Below the pieces are notes generated by a model. The model was not told the origin of the DNA and did not search any database. It saw nothing but the letters and a program-made list of their open reading frames with translations. From positions 28,717-92,716 of the forward strand of contig JAUSGE010000014.1 in assembly GCA_030649205.1 (NCBI GenBank): a stretch of 64,000 bases of DNA, written 5' to 3'. The translations under genes and the position numbers were made by a program. Below are positions 36,369 to 45,543 of this stretch, one piece after another; the first letter of the stretch is position 1, and every line of letters starts with the position of its first letter. Source of the stretch: a bacterium. Its GTDB lineage: Bacteria > Patescibacteriota > Patescibacteriia > Patescibacteriales > GWC2-42-12.

Positions 36369-37457
36369 ATGATAAAATTTATTGATTTAACCAGGGAATA
36401 CAATTTTATAAAAACTGAAGTTAATCAGGCAATTGGGCGAGTTTTAAAAAGCGGGCGGTTTATTTTGGGCCGCGAAGTAGAAAGTTTTGAAAAAGAATTT
36501 GCGGCTTATTGCGGAGTCAAATATTGCGTCGGCGTGGCTTCGGGAACCGATGCCCTGTTTTTGTCGTTAAAAGCGCTTGGCATCGGTGTTGGCGATGAGG
36601 TGATTACGGCGGCGAATTCCTTTGTCGCTACGGCTCTGGCGGTTGAACTGGCCGGCGCCAAGCCGGTTTTTGCTGATGTAAATCCGTTGACTTATAATCT
36701 TGACCTTGATAAAATTGAAAAGAAAATCAGTTTCCGCGCCAAAGCGATTATTCCGGTTCATCTTTATGGGCAATTGACTGAGATGGAAGAGATAAAAAAA
36801 ATAGCGCGCCGGCGCGGTCTTAAAATTATTGAAGATGCCTGCCAGGCGCACGGCGCGAGCTTATTCGGCAAAAAAGCCGGAGCCTGGGGCGACGCCGCGG
36901 CTTTCAGTTTTTATCCCAGCAAAAATTTAGGCGCTTACGGCGACGGGGGAGCGATTATTACCAATGATAAAAATATTTACGAGAAATTGCTCTTTTTAAG
37001 ATTTTACGGCCAGACCGAGCCTTATCGGTCAGATTTTTTTGGCATTAACAGCCGCCTGGATGAACTGCAGGCGGCGGCGCTGCGCGTAAAATTAAAATAT
37101 CTGGATAAATGGAATCAACGCCGCCGGGAAATCGCGGCTATATATCGTCAGTATATCACTAATCCGGCCGTGATATTGCCCGAGGGCAAGAATCAGGCCG
37201 GCCACGTTTTTCATTTATTCGTTGTCAGGACAAAACAGCGCGACGCTTTAAGGAAGTTTTTGAAAAAAAACGGAGTTGAAACTTTAATCCATTACCCTAT
37301 CGCTTTGACGCGTCAGCCGGTTTTTAAAAAACTGGCCGGCGCTAAATGCCCCATAGCTGAACAAATGGCCGGCGAAATTTTTTCTTTGCCCATGTATCCG
37401 TTTTTAAAAAATGAGGAAATCAAGAAAATCGCAATGGTTATAAATAGGTTTATATAA
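36369..37457 (+). CDS. DegT/DnrJ/EryC1-family sugar aminotransferase (FdtB-like position)
   Basis: AASGTDALFLSLKALGIGVGDEVI...SFYPSKNLGAYGDGGAI. Confidence 0.8.
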   Translation: MIKFIDLTREYNFIKTEVNQAIGRVLKSGRFILGREVESFEKEFAAYCGVKYCVGVASGTDALFLSLKALGIGVGDEVITAANSFVATALAVELAGAKPVFADVNPLTYNLDLDKIEKKISFRAKAIIPVHLYGQLTEMEEIKKIARRRGLKIIEDACQAHGASLFGKKAGAWGDAAAFSFYPSKNLGAYGDGGAIITNDKNIYEKLLFLRFYGQTEPYRSDFFGINSRLDELQAAALRVKLKYLDKWNQRRREIAAIYRQYITNPAVILPEGKNQAGHVFHLFVVRTKQRDALRKFLKKNGVETLIHYPIALTRQPVFKKLAGAKCPIAEQMAGEIFSLPMYPFLKNEEIKKIAMVINRFI

Positions 37458-37463
37458 ATTTTT

Positions 37464-37724
37464 ATGCGGCATTTAAGAAGAATGTTTTTAGCCTATTTCC
37501 GGACAGAGTACGTAAAAAAACAGATTTTATCAAGAAAAGGCGAGTGCGGGCATCACGGTTGCTGCGGCGACTCGCCGTGGTCATGGTTTTTTACCAGAAA
37601 ATGCCTTAAGGGAAAAGATTGTTTAAAATGGAGTAATTTGCCATATTATTGCAAATTATATCCGATAGATGAAAAAGATAAAGCGCCTAAAACAAAAAAA
37701 TATTGTAATTTTTATTGGGATTGA
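37464..37724 (+). CDS. small Cys/His-rich hypothetical protein (86 aa, 8 Cys)
   Basis: Fills an otherwise unexplained 270 bp gap in a tightly packed operon; stop 4 nt before the next start; CGHHGCCGD...C-x5-C...C...C pattern; no homolog recognised. Confidence 0.4.
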   Translation: MRHLRRMFLAYFRTEYVKKQILSRKGECGHHGCCGDSPWSWFFTRKCLKGKDCLKWSNLPYYCKLYPIDEKDKAPKTKKYCNFYWD

Positions 37725-37728
37725 TTAT

Positions 37729-39564
37729 ATGAATAAAATAAAATCCTTTTTTAATTATCTAAGACTGGCGGTTTTAAACCATAAATTGGCGTTGGTTGGC
37801 GCCATACTCGTCGGTTTGATTTATATCTTGCCGAATATTTTTTTCATAGCGTCTTTGGGTAAAAATTATCATGGCATTCCCATGATGCAGACCGCTAATG
37901 AAGATTTTTATTTAGCCAGAATTCAAAAAGTCATTGATGGGCATTCTTTGCTCGGCCCGGCGGTTTTTTATGAAAACCGGCATCAGGGATCATTGACGCC
38001 CGCCGGCGGAGAGATTTTTTATGCCCTGCCCAGCCGGCTGTTGCGTCTGTCGCCTGTCAATCTAGTGATTGCCAGCAGGTTTGTTCTGCCGTTTATTCTA
38101 TTCTTCCTGGTTTATTTTTTAATTAGCCGGCTGACGGCAAATAGCTTTTCAGCCTTAAATAAAATTAACGCCATTGCCGGAGCTTTATTGGTAACCTTGG
38201 GTTATGATTTGGTGGATTACCGATCTACCTGGCTTTTTTTGACCGGAAAAATAAGCGGCGGTAATTTTTTAATCTGGGCCAGGCTGGTTAATCCGGTAAT
38301 GGGCGCGTTTTTTTTATTTTCTTTTTTGCTCTGTTTATGGGTAATTATCAGGCAAGAGCGGTATCGCAAAACTTTAATTGCCGCGGCCGGCGGATTTTTG
38401 GCGCTGGCGATTTATACTTATTTTTTTAGCTGGGGCATCGCGGTTTCGGTTTTGGCGATTTTGGGGCTGGTTTATCTGTTGGAAAAAAGATATGGCTTAA
38501 TTAAAAGCTTGGCGGCGATCGGGTTGGTGGCGGCCGTTTTATCCTCGCCCTATTGGTTTTTTTCCTGGCAGTTAAGCCGAGCGCAGGGGTATAAAGAAGC
38601 TTTATTGCGCAATGGCCTTTTTTATACCCATTATCCATTAGGGAATAAAATTTTACTGGCAGCGCTGGCGTTTTACGCGATAGCCACTATTTTTTTATTC
38701 ATAAAAAGAAAAACTTTACCTTTATGGAAGGAGCGGATAATGGACGGCGGACTAAAAAATAGGCCGCAAGATTGGTATATCTTCTCTTTGGCTTTGCTGT
38801 TAGGCGGCCTGTGGGCGCTAAATCAGCAAATTATTACCGGACGAACCATTTATCCGTATCATTTTGTCCAATATACCATTCCCTTGGCCATGATTGCCGC
38901 TATGGTTCTATTTTATAATCTTCTAACAGTTAAACGGACGGTAATTTGGCGCTTGGCGCTTTTTTTTATTATAATGGTTTCTTTAGGCTGGGGTATATTT
39001 ACCCAAGTTAAAGCATATCGAGTTTCTTTTGATTATTTCGCCGGACTGCAAGTTTATGGGCCGCTGTTTGATTGGCTGAATCTTCAGCCGAAAGATAACG
39101 TGGTTTTTGTTAATAACTCTGACTTTTTAAATGGCCTAGTTCCGGCCTTTACCCATAGTAATGTTTATTCTTCAACCTTTGCCTATAATTTAATTGATCC
39201 TAATCGCAGACATGACAGTTATTTGGCGCGGATTCGCCTGAAAGGCGTAACCGCTGAAGAATTTGATGAATATCTAAAGCAAAACAGGCATGAGGCGGTT
39301 GGTTATTTGTTTTCCAACTGGAAGGTTTTATACGGGATTAAGCAATTTCCCGATTTTTCCGACCCATTGTTTGAAGAAAAAATAAAAAAATTACCCGAGG
39401 ACTATCGGAAATTTTATGCTAAAGATTTTCGCCAAGCTTTAAGCAAATATAGGCTGGATTATATTTTATCTGTTGGACCGTTATCGGATAAGGTTCAGGC
39501 AGATTTAGGCGGAGTAACTGAAGTTTTCCGGTCTGGAGATATATTAATATATAATTTTAAATAG
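37729..39564 (+). CDS. large polytopic membrane protein with a C-terminal soluble domain (putative GT-C glycosyltransferase/polymerase)
   Basis: ~12 hydrophobic helices in the first ~430 aa, then a ~180 aa hydrophilic tail; start at MNKIKSFF just after the upstream stop. Confidence 0.45.
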   Translation: MNKIKSFFNYLRLAVLNHKLALVGAILVGLIYILPNIFFIASLGKNYHGIPMMQTANEDFYLARIQKVIDGHSLLGPAVFYENRHQGSLTPAGGEIFYALPSRLLRLSPVNLVIASRFVLPFILFFLVYFLISRLTANSFSALNKINAIAGALLVTLGYDLVDYRSTWLFLTGKISGGNFLIWARLVNPVMGAFFLFSFLLCLWVIIRQERYRKTLIAAAGGFLALAIYTYFFSWGIAVSVLAILGLVYLLEKRYGLIKSLAAIGLVAAVLSSPYWFFSWQLSRAQGYKEALLRNGLFYTHYPLGNKILLAALAFYAIATIFLFIKRKTLPLWKERIMDGGLKNRPQDWYIFSLALLLGGLWALNQQIITGRTIYPYHFVQYTIPLAMIAAMVLFYNLLTVKRTVIWRLALFFIIMVSLGWGIFTQVKAYRVSFDYFAGLQVYGPLFDWLNLQPKDNVVFVNNSDFLNGLVPAFTHSNVYSSTFAYNLIDPNRRHDSYLARIRLKGVTAEEFDEYLKQNRHEAVGYLFSNWKVLYGIKQFPDFSDPLFEEKIKKLPEDYRKFYAKDFRQALSKYRLDYILSVGPLSDKVQADLGGVTEVFRSGDILIYNFK

Positions 39565-39565
39565 T

Positions 39566-40660
39566 ATGAAAAACAGAACTATAAAATGGTGGGCGCCGAA
39601 GATTGGAGAAGAGGAATTTCGTTTAGTCAGGGATGTTTTGGCCAGCAATTATTTAAATGATGGTGATATCACCAGGCAATTTGAGGCTAAAATTGCGAAT
39701 TTGCTGAAAGTAAAACATGCGGTAGCTGTGACCAGCGGCACAATCGCGATATTTTTATCCTTAAAGAGTTTAGACGTCGGTTATGGCGATGAAGTGATAA
39801 TCCCTGATATGACTTTTATAGCAACCGCAAATGCCGCTGAAATGTGCGGGGCAAAAGTAATTTTAGTTGATATTGACCCAAAGACTTTAAATATTGATAT
39901 TGAAGCCATCAATGGAGCAATTACAAAAAAAACAAAAGCCATAATACCTGTTCATGTTACCGGCCGAGGAGCTCAAATGGAAGCTATTTTAAAAATAGCG
40001 AAAGAAAATAATATTCATATAGTTGAAGATGCGGCCGAAGCGCTGCTTTCGAAGCAAAACGGTAAATATCTCGGCGCCTTTGGCGACATAGGCTGTTTTT
40101 CTTTATCGCCGAACAAAACAATTACCACCGGACAAGGCGGATTTATAGTGACTAATAATGATAAATTAGCCGTGAGATTAAGGGAATTAAAGGATCAAGG
40201 CAGGTCAAAAACCGGCTCGGGCGGTGATGATTTTCATAATTCCATCGGTTATAATTTTAAATTTACTAACTTGCAAGCCGCAGTCGGTTTAGGCCAATTA
40301 AGTTATTTGCCCGACAGAACCGAGAAGATGAAAAAAATAAATAAGCTATATGTCAATAATCTGAAAAATATAGAGGGGTTAAAATTATTTGAATTCAAAG
40401 AAGAAGAGGTGCCGCAATGGACCGATGCTTTAATAGAAAAACGCAGTGAGTTAGAAGCGTATTTAAAAAGTAAAAATATAAATTATAGAAATTATTGGTT
40501 TCCCTTGCATACCCAACTGCCTTATAAGCTGGCGGACGATAATTTTATTAACAGCACAAAGTTAAGCCCGAAAGCTTTATGGCTGCCTTCCTGTTTTGAT
40601 ATGTCTGATGAAGACGTGATGTATGTAGTGGAAAATATAAAGAATTTTTATTCGCGATAA
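39566..40660 (+). CDS. DegT/DnrJ/EryC1-family sugar aminotransferase
   Basis: VTSGTIAIFLSLKSLDVGYGDEVI...SLSPNKTITTGQGG. Confidence 0.8.
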   Translation: MKNRTIKWWAPKIGEEEFRLVRDVLASNYLNDGDITRQFEAKIANLLKVKHAVAVTSGTIAIFLSLKSLDVGYGDEVIIPDMTFIATANAAEMCGAKVILVDIDPKTLNIDIEAINGAITKKTKAIIPVHVTGRGAQMEAILKIAKENNIHIVEDAAEALLSKQNGKYLGAFGDIGCFSLSPNKTITTGQGGFIVTNNDKLAVRLRELKDQGRSKTGSGGDDFHNSIGYNFKFTNLQAAVGLGQLSYLPDRTEKMKKINKLYVNNLKNIEGLKLFEFKEEEVPQWTDALIEKRSELEAYLKSKNINYRNYWFPLHTQLPYKLADDNFINSTKLSPKALWLPSCFDMSDEDVMYVVENIKNFYSR

Positions 40661-40662
40661 AA

Positions 40663-41916
40663 CTAAATGTTAATAACAATTTTTGGAGTGGGCAAGGGCA
40701 TTATAAATTTGCCTTTATAGCCCATTTTTCTCATTATTTTTATAAGCTCTTCGCCGATATGCCAAGATAAAACCAAGGCATATTCAGGCTGATCTTCAAA
40801 TAATTTTTTTTCATCAACCACCGGGATATGTGTTCCAGGAGTAAATAATCCGATTTTAGGCGAACCGGATTTTTCGCAAGCATAATCAATCAAATGGCTA
40901 TCAATATGAGTAAAGCCCAGCAAGGTGTTGGAGCGTGCCGGACTGCCAATAGCGGCGATGCGCGTTCCTTTTTGCTTGCAATTTGTCAGTAGAGCCATCA
41001 GCTCTTGTTTGGCGTTAATCATCCGCTGCCCGTATTGTTTTAATTTTTTAACATCATATAGCCCGGCGGTTTCTTCGGCCTTAATTAATTTATTTACTCT
41101 GCTGCTCGCCGGGTGTTTGCCTTTTTTAGCGTAAATTCTAATTGAACCGCCGGCGGCGGAGATTGTTTCGGCATCTACCAGGCTAAAGCCGGTAAGAGAA
41201 AAAAGTTTGATTAATGGTTTTAATGAATAAAATCTAAGATGTTCATGGTAGATAGTATCAAGCTCCAGACCTTGCATCATATCGGATAAATACTGCGATT
41301 CCGAAACAAAAATTCCATCATCATCAAGCATTATGTTTATGCCTTTTATAATTTCAAAAAGATTGTTAATATGGGCGAAAGCGTTGGTCATGGTAATTAT
41401 TTTTGCTTTGCCATATCGTTTTACCGCTTGGCTAGCGATTTTTTCATTGAAATATCCCTGAATTGTTCGGATGCCTTTATTATTGGCTTCTTCGGCCGCG
41501 TTAGTCGGCTCTATGCCCAGTATTTTTATGCCTTTATCTTTAAAGGCTTTTAAGAGAGATCCATCGTTTGAGCCGATATCAACGATCAAATCTTTTGCGG
41601 TTAAATGATATTTTTTTTCTAAAGTATCGGCTAGAGAACAAAAATTTCTAATTAGCATTTTAGTCAGCCCGGTGCGATAGGGGTAATTTAGGGGAAAAAC
41701 TAATTTCGGGTCAATAATATAATCAAGCTGCGCCAGCCCGCAATTAGGGCAATAGCAAAAATTAAGCGGATAAGTAATTTCCGGCTCGTTAAGCCGTTCT
41801 TCGGTCAAATAGTTTTGGACTATCGGCTGATGGCCGAAAGACAAAATTGTTTCTAGATTTTTTCCTGAACAAATTTGGCATTTATCAATGTGGCCGACGG
41901 GAATTTTTTTTGTCAT
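40663..41916 (-). CDS. SAM-dependent NDP-hexose C-methyltransferase (TylCIII/NovU-like: N-terminal Zn-ribbon, class I MT, C-methyltransferase C-terminal domain)
   Basis: N-terminal CQICSGKN...CPNCGLAQL zinc ribbon; motif I VDIGSNDGSLL; 417 aa like C3-methyltransferases of branched-sugar pathways. Confidence 0.7.
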   Translation of the reverse strand: MTKKIPVGHIDKCQICSGKNLETILSFGHQPIVQNYLTEERLNEPEITYPLNFCYCPNCGLAQLDYIIDPKLVFPLNYPYRTGLTKMLIRNFCSLADTLEKKYHLTAKDLIVDIGSNDGSLLKAFKDKGIKILGIEPTNAAEEANNKGIRTIQGYFNEKIASQAVKRYGKAKIITMTNAFAHINNLFEIIKGINIMLDDDGIFVSESQYLSDMMQGLELDTIYHEHLRFYSLKPLIKLFSLTGFSLVDAETISAAGGSIRIYAKKGKHPASSRVNKLIKAEETAGLYDVKKLKQYGQRMINAKQELMALLTNCKQKGTRIAAIGSPARSNTLLGFTHIDSHLIDYACEKSGSPKIGLFTPGTHIPVVDEKKLFEDQPEYALVLSWHIGEELIKIMRKMGYKGKFIMPLPTPKIVINI

Positions 41917-42016
41917 ATTGGCTGTTTATTTTTTTAATTATTCACTCTATAGTTGACTCAATTTTTTTATTAATATAATATTATTATATAGTAATATAAG
42001 CCAATGTCAAATAATC

Positions 42017-42595
42017 ATGAATTTAACTGCCAACAAATTAAATTCGCCGCAATACGACAAATTTTTGCTTAAATCAGCGGGCGAAGATGTTTTTATCAGC
42101 GCGCAAGTTGAAATCAGACGGCCGGCTATGGTTTCTATCGGCAGCCATGTCGCCATAGACAGCGGCCTTTATTTGACCACGCGAGCCGAGATCGGCGATT
42201 ATATTCATATCGGCCCGGGCGTCCATATCATCGGCGGCCCTAAAGGATTCATAAAAATGGGACATTTTACGAATATCGCTTTGGGCGGTAAAATTTTATG
42301 CGCCTCTGATGAATTTTCAGGAAACAGTTTGATTACCGCGCCGGGCATACCGGCGAAATATACCAAAGTAATAATTAGGCCGGTGATTTTTGAACGATTT
42401 GCCAATATTTGCGCCAACGCTGTTATTTTGCCCGGGGTTACTTTAGGCGAGGGTTCAGTGGTTGGGGCCTGCTCTTTAGTGACAAAGGATACTGAGCCTT
42501 GGACAATTAATACTGGCGTTCCGGCTCGCCCCGTTAAAATAAGAAAAAAAGGCAAGATGCTTGAATACGCTAAAAAATTAGGCTACTTTAATTAA
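42017..42595 (+). CDS. hexapeptide-repeat (left-handed beta-helix) sugar acetyltransferase
   Basis: IGSHVAIDSGLYL / IGPGVHIIGG / ICANAVILPGVTLGEGSVVGACSLV hexapeptide repeats. Confidence 0.75.
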   Translation: MNLTANKLNSPQYDKFLLKSAGEDVFISAQVEIRRPAMVSIGSHVAIDSGLYLTTRAEIGDYIHIGPGVHIIGGPKGFIKMGHFTNIALGGKILCASDEFSGNSLITAPGIPAKYTKVIIRPVIFERFANICANAVILPGVTLGEGSVVGACSLVTKDTEPWTINTGVPARPVKIRKKGKMLEYAKKLGYFN

Positions 42596-42622
42596 ATAAT
42601 CGTGAAATTTTTATAAAAAATC

Positions 42623-43813
42623 ATGAAGATTGTTTTTGTTACTTCTAAATTAAATTTTTTAACCGCCGGCGGATCGGTTGAAGAGATAGATTTGATTATT
42701 AGAACCTTGGCTAATTTAGGAAATGAAGTTACGGCAGTGACGGCCTTTTCTTTAAATAATAAGATAACCGGCCCTTTGCCTTACCGGGTTTGCGAAGAGA
42801 TGATTAAATCTTATAGATTATTAAGCATTCAGGCGGGAGTGCTAAAAATTTTGAGAAAGTATTCTTCTTGGGCCGATATTTTTATCGTTGATGCCCATCT
42901 TTTTATGTATGGCGCCGGGTTTTATCGAAAAATGGGAGGCAAGGTGCCGGTAGTTGGTTTTTTTAATCAATTTTTAACTTGCTGGCCGCAGTGTGTTTCC
43001 AGCCTTTTTAAACAGCCGAAACAAAATTTTTTTCATAAGATTAAAGGAAAAATTAGATGGTGGATAGAGAAATATGTCGGCATGTCGTTAGTCGGCAATC
43101 TTGATCTCTTTGCTTTTGTCAGCCCGGCTCTGATGGCTATGTATAAAGAATTCGGCATCCGCGACAACAATAAATGTTTAGTGGTGGGAGACCCGGTGGA
43201 TATTAAAAAAATAATGGCGAAAAATAATATTACTCCCGATTCTTATCGGCTAAGAAATAAAAGAAACGGCCCCATTAATCTATTTTTTTCCAGCCGTATG
43301 TCCCCCGGCAAGGGCTTTGATATTTTAATCGCCGGCTTTTCAAAAATTAAGAATAAGAAAAATTTCCGTTTAATTTTAGGCGGTTCCGGCCATGAAGAAA
43401 AACAGGTTAAGCGGATGGTGCAAGATTTGGGATTGCAGAAGCATGTAATTTTGCCCGGCTGGGTGACTAAAGAGCAGCTTTATCGTTATTATAGCGAGGC
43501 GGATATTTTTATTCAGGCTGACTGGTGGCCGGCCGGAACTTCAATCTCTTTATATTATGCCATGGCTTTCGGCGTACCATCAATTTTGCCTGGCGGCGGC
43601 GGGCTAGAGTGGCAGGCAAAAAATTCAGCCTTGTACTTTAAATATCGCCAGCTTGACGATTTAGCGCGTAAAATTGAACAATTGGGCGCGGACTATAAGT
43701 TAAGAGAAGAAATTTCACAACAATGCTATGTTAGATTGTCTGAAGATGAAATGAATTATGAAAATAATATAAAAAAATTATATGAGAAAATGAAATTAAT
43801 TAGCGGTATATAA
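42623..43813 (+). CDS. GT-B glycosyltransferase (GT4/GT1-like)
   Basis: GT-B layout; C-terminal LPGWVTKEQLYRYYSEADIFIQ...GVPSILPGGGG. Confidence 0.55.
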   Translation: MKIVFVTSKLNFLTAGGSVEEIDLIIRTLANLGNEVTAVTAFSLNNKITGPLPYRVCEEMIKSYRLLSIQAGVLKILRKYSSWADIFIVDAHLFMYGAGFYRKMGGKVPVVGFFNQFLTCWPQCVSSLFKQPKQNFFHKIKGKIRWWIEKYVGMSLVGNLDLFAFVSPALMAMYKEFGIRDNNKCLVVGDPVDIKKIMAKNNITPDSYRLRNKRNGPINLFFSSRMSPGKGFDILIAGFSKIKNKKNFRLILGGSGHEEKQVKRMVQDLGLQKHVILPGWVTKEQLYRYYSEADIFIQADWWPAGTSISLYYAMAFGVPSILPGGGGLEWQAKNSALYFKYRQLDDLARKIEQLGADYKLREEISQQCYVRLSEDEMNYENNIKKLYEKMKLISGI

Positions 43814-45487
43814 TTGTTTTATAAAATAATAAATTTTTTATATATGCCATTGGGAGAAAAATCAGAAAAAATCGTTATTGTGGGCTTTGGCTGGGTCGGT
43901 CAGGCCAACGCGCTGGCGCTTATTAGAATGGGCTTTGAAGTTTTTTATTATGACGTCCTGGCGCCGAAATACCACTATGCGGATAAATACCTAGGGTTTT
44001 ACGAAAAAATAAAACCGCTGGATAATCTCCTGCAAGCCGACAGCCCCGACACTTGGTATGTAATATGCATTGGCGACCGGGTGAATGAAAACGGACATCA
44101 GGATATCTCTTTGATTGAGAGGGCTTTAGAATTATTGCGGCCGGCGCGGGGAAATATTATTCTGCGCTCAACGGTTTTACCGAAATATCTGAAGGGCTTG
44201 CCTTTTGATATTTATTTGCCGGAATTTCTCCATGAAATAAACGCGGTTGAAGATTGCTTAAACCCTTTTATCTTCGCTTTAGGCAGCTGGAAAAAAATTA
44301 TTTATCCGAGTTTTATTGAACAATGGGAAAAACGGGCTTACAAAGTTTTTAAAGGCGCGCCCGAAGAGGCCTCATATATTAAATATTTATCCAATATTTG
44401 GAACTCCCTGCGCGTTGCTTTTGTTAATGAGTTCGGCGACAGCATTTCCCTCCCGCAGAATAAAGAACGGCAGAAAAAAATTGCCAATATCATTGATTTC
44501 CTGTTTGATAAAAAAAGTTATCTGCGCTACGGCCAAGCCTACGGCGGCCATTGCCTGCCGAAAGATACCCAGGCTTTCTTAACCTGGAAAGAAGAAGCTG
44601 GCCCGTCGCCGATTCTGCGAGCGATCCATGAATCAAACATTTTACATCAGCAAATTACCGATGCTTACGCTCTGCCGCAATGGTTTTCTTCGTGGGATTA
44701 TGATAATTACCGCCGCGCGACCGCTTTAATCACGCGCTGGTGGCATAATTTTAATTCTTTAAAAATAATTAAGTCTACCCGGCAAATTTTAAAACCAGCC
44801 GTCAAGCTGTTTTCTCTGCGCGCCGCCAATAAATCTTTGCCCGAGATTAAAAACAACTGGGAAAAATTAGCCAAAAAAAATCCGTACTATTATGCAAACT
44901 CCGAGACTAAATCACGGCAAAAAGTAGATGAATTTGAGCTTCGCCAAAGCGGCGAAAATGATTACTTAAAATATATTTCTGGCGATGATTTGCTTCATAA
45001 ATTCTTGGGTGATTTTAAGGATAAAATCGCGCTGGACATTGGCGTTGGAGTCGGACGCATGACTGAATTTTTTAGCCAAGACTTTAAAATAATTTATGGC
45101 ATTGATATTTCGCCCAACATGCTAACTATTGCCGGCAAACGTTTATCTGCCCTCAATAACATTGAGCTAGCCGCCAGCGCGGGCGATGACATTCCCTTTA
45201 GCGATGCCGAATTTGATTTAATTTTTTCACATTTAACCTTTAAGCATTTGCCGAATACAGCCATAACGCAAAATTATTTTAAGGAAATTTTCCGGACATT
45301 AAAACCCGGCGGCTTAGCCAAAATACAGCTGCGCACCGGCGCCACGCCGCATTTTTGGCAATGGTTTTACGGCGTGTCGCTGACGCCGGAGCAAGCGTTA
45401 TCTTTGGCCGATAAAGCTGGATTACAAATAGCTAAAACAGAAATAGAAAATAGCAAGAGCTTATGGGTTTGGGTTAAAAAAATATAA
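43814..45487 (+). CDS. fusion: UDP-glucose/GDP-mannose-dehydrogenase-like N-terminal region plus C-terminal class I SAM methyltransferase
   Basis: IVIVGFGWVGQANALAL (Rossmann) ... YGGHCLPKD (the UGDH-family GGxCxxKD catalytic motif) ... C-terminal LDIGVGVGRMTEFF with LKPGGLAKIQ (MT motifs I and post I). Alternative start M at 43844. Confidence 0.6.
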   Translation: MFYKIINFLYMPLGEKSEKIVIVGFGWVGQANALALIRMGFEVFYYDVLAPKYHYADKYLGFYEKIKPLDNLLQADSPDTWYVICIGDRVNENGHQDISLIERALELLRPARGNIILRSTVLPKYLKGLPFDIYLPEFLHEINAVEDCLNPFIFALGSWKKIIYPSFIEQWEKRAYKVFKGAPEEASYIKYLSNIWNSLRVAFVNEFGDSISLPQNKERQKKIANIIDFLFDKKSYLRYGQAYGGHCLPKDTQAFLTWKEEAGPSPILRAIHESNILHQQITDAYALPQWFSSWDYDNYRRATALITRWWHNFNSLKIIKSTRQILKPAVKLFSLRAANKSLPEIKNNWEKLAKKNPYYYANSETKSRQKVDEFELRQSGENDYLKYISGDDLLHKFLGDFKDKIALDIGVGVGRMTEFFSQDFKIIYGIDISPNMLTIAGKRLSALNNIELAASAGDDIPFSDAEFDLIFSHLTFKHLPNTAITQNYFKEIFRTLKPGGLAKIQLRTGATPHFWQWFYGVSLTPEQALSLADKAGLQIAKTEIENSKSLWVWVKKI

Positions 45488-45496
45488 ATTAAAAAT

Positions 45497-45527
45497 AAAA
45501 AAAGAGCCTTCGTTTTCACGAAGGCTC
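45497..45527 (-). terminator. rho-independent terminator for the minus-strand NUDIX gene (9 bp GC-rich stem plus U-tract on the minus strand)
   Basis: gagccttcg-ttttca-cgaaggctc (45504-45527), followed on the minus strand by uuuuuuuauuuuu; lies between convergent genes. Confidence 0.75.
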
Positions 45528-45543
45528 AATTGATGAAAAGTTC

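Noticed and set aside
41917-42016. Divergent promoter between the C-methyltransferase (-) and acetyltransferase (+) genes (ttgact...tataat)
   Set aside because: The spacer between the candidate -35 and -10 hexamers is only ~15 nt and the region is generally AT-rich, so the match is not convincing enough to call.
44316-44582. 88 aa internal ORF in the UGDH-MT fusion gene
   Set aside because: Alternative-frame artefact.
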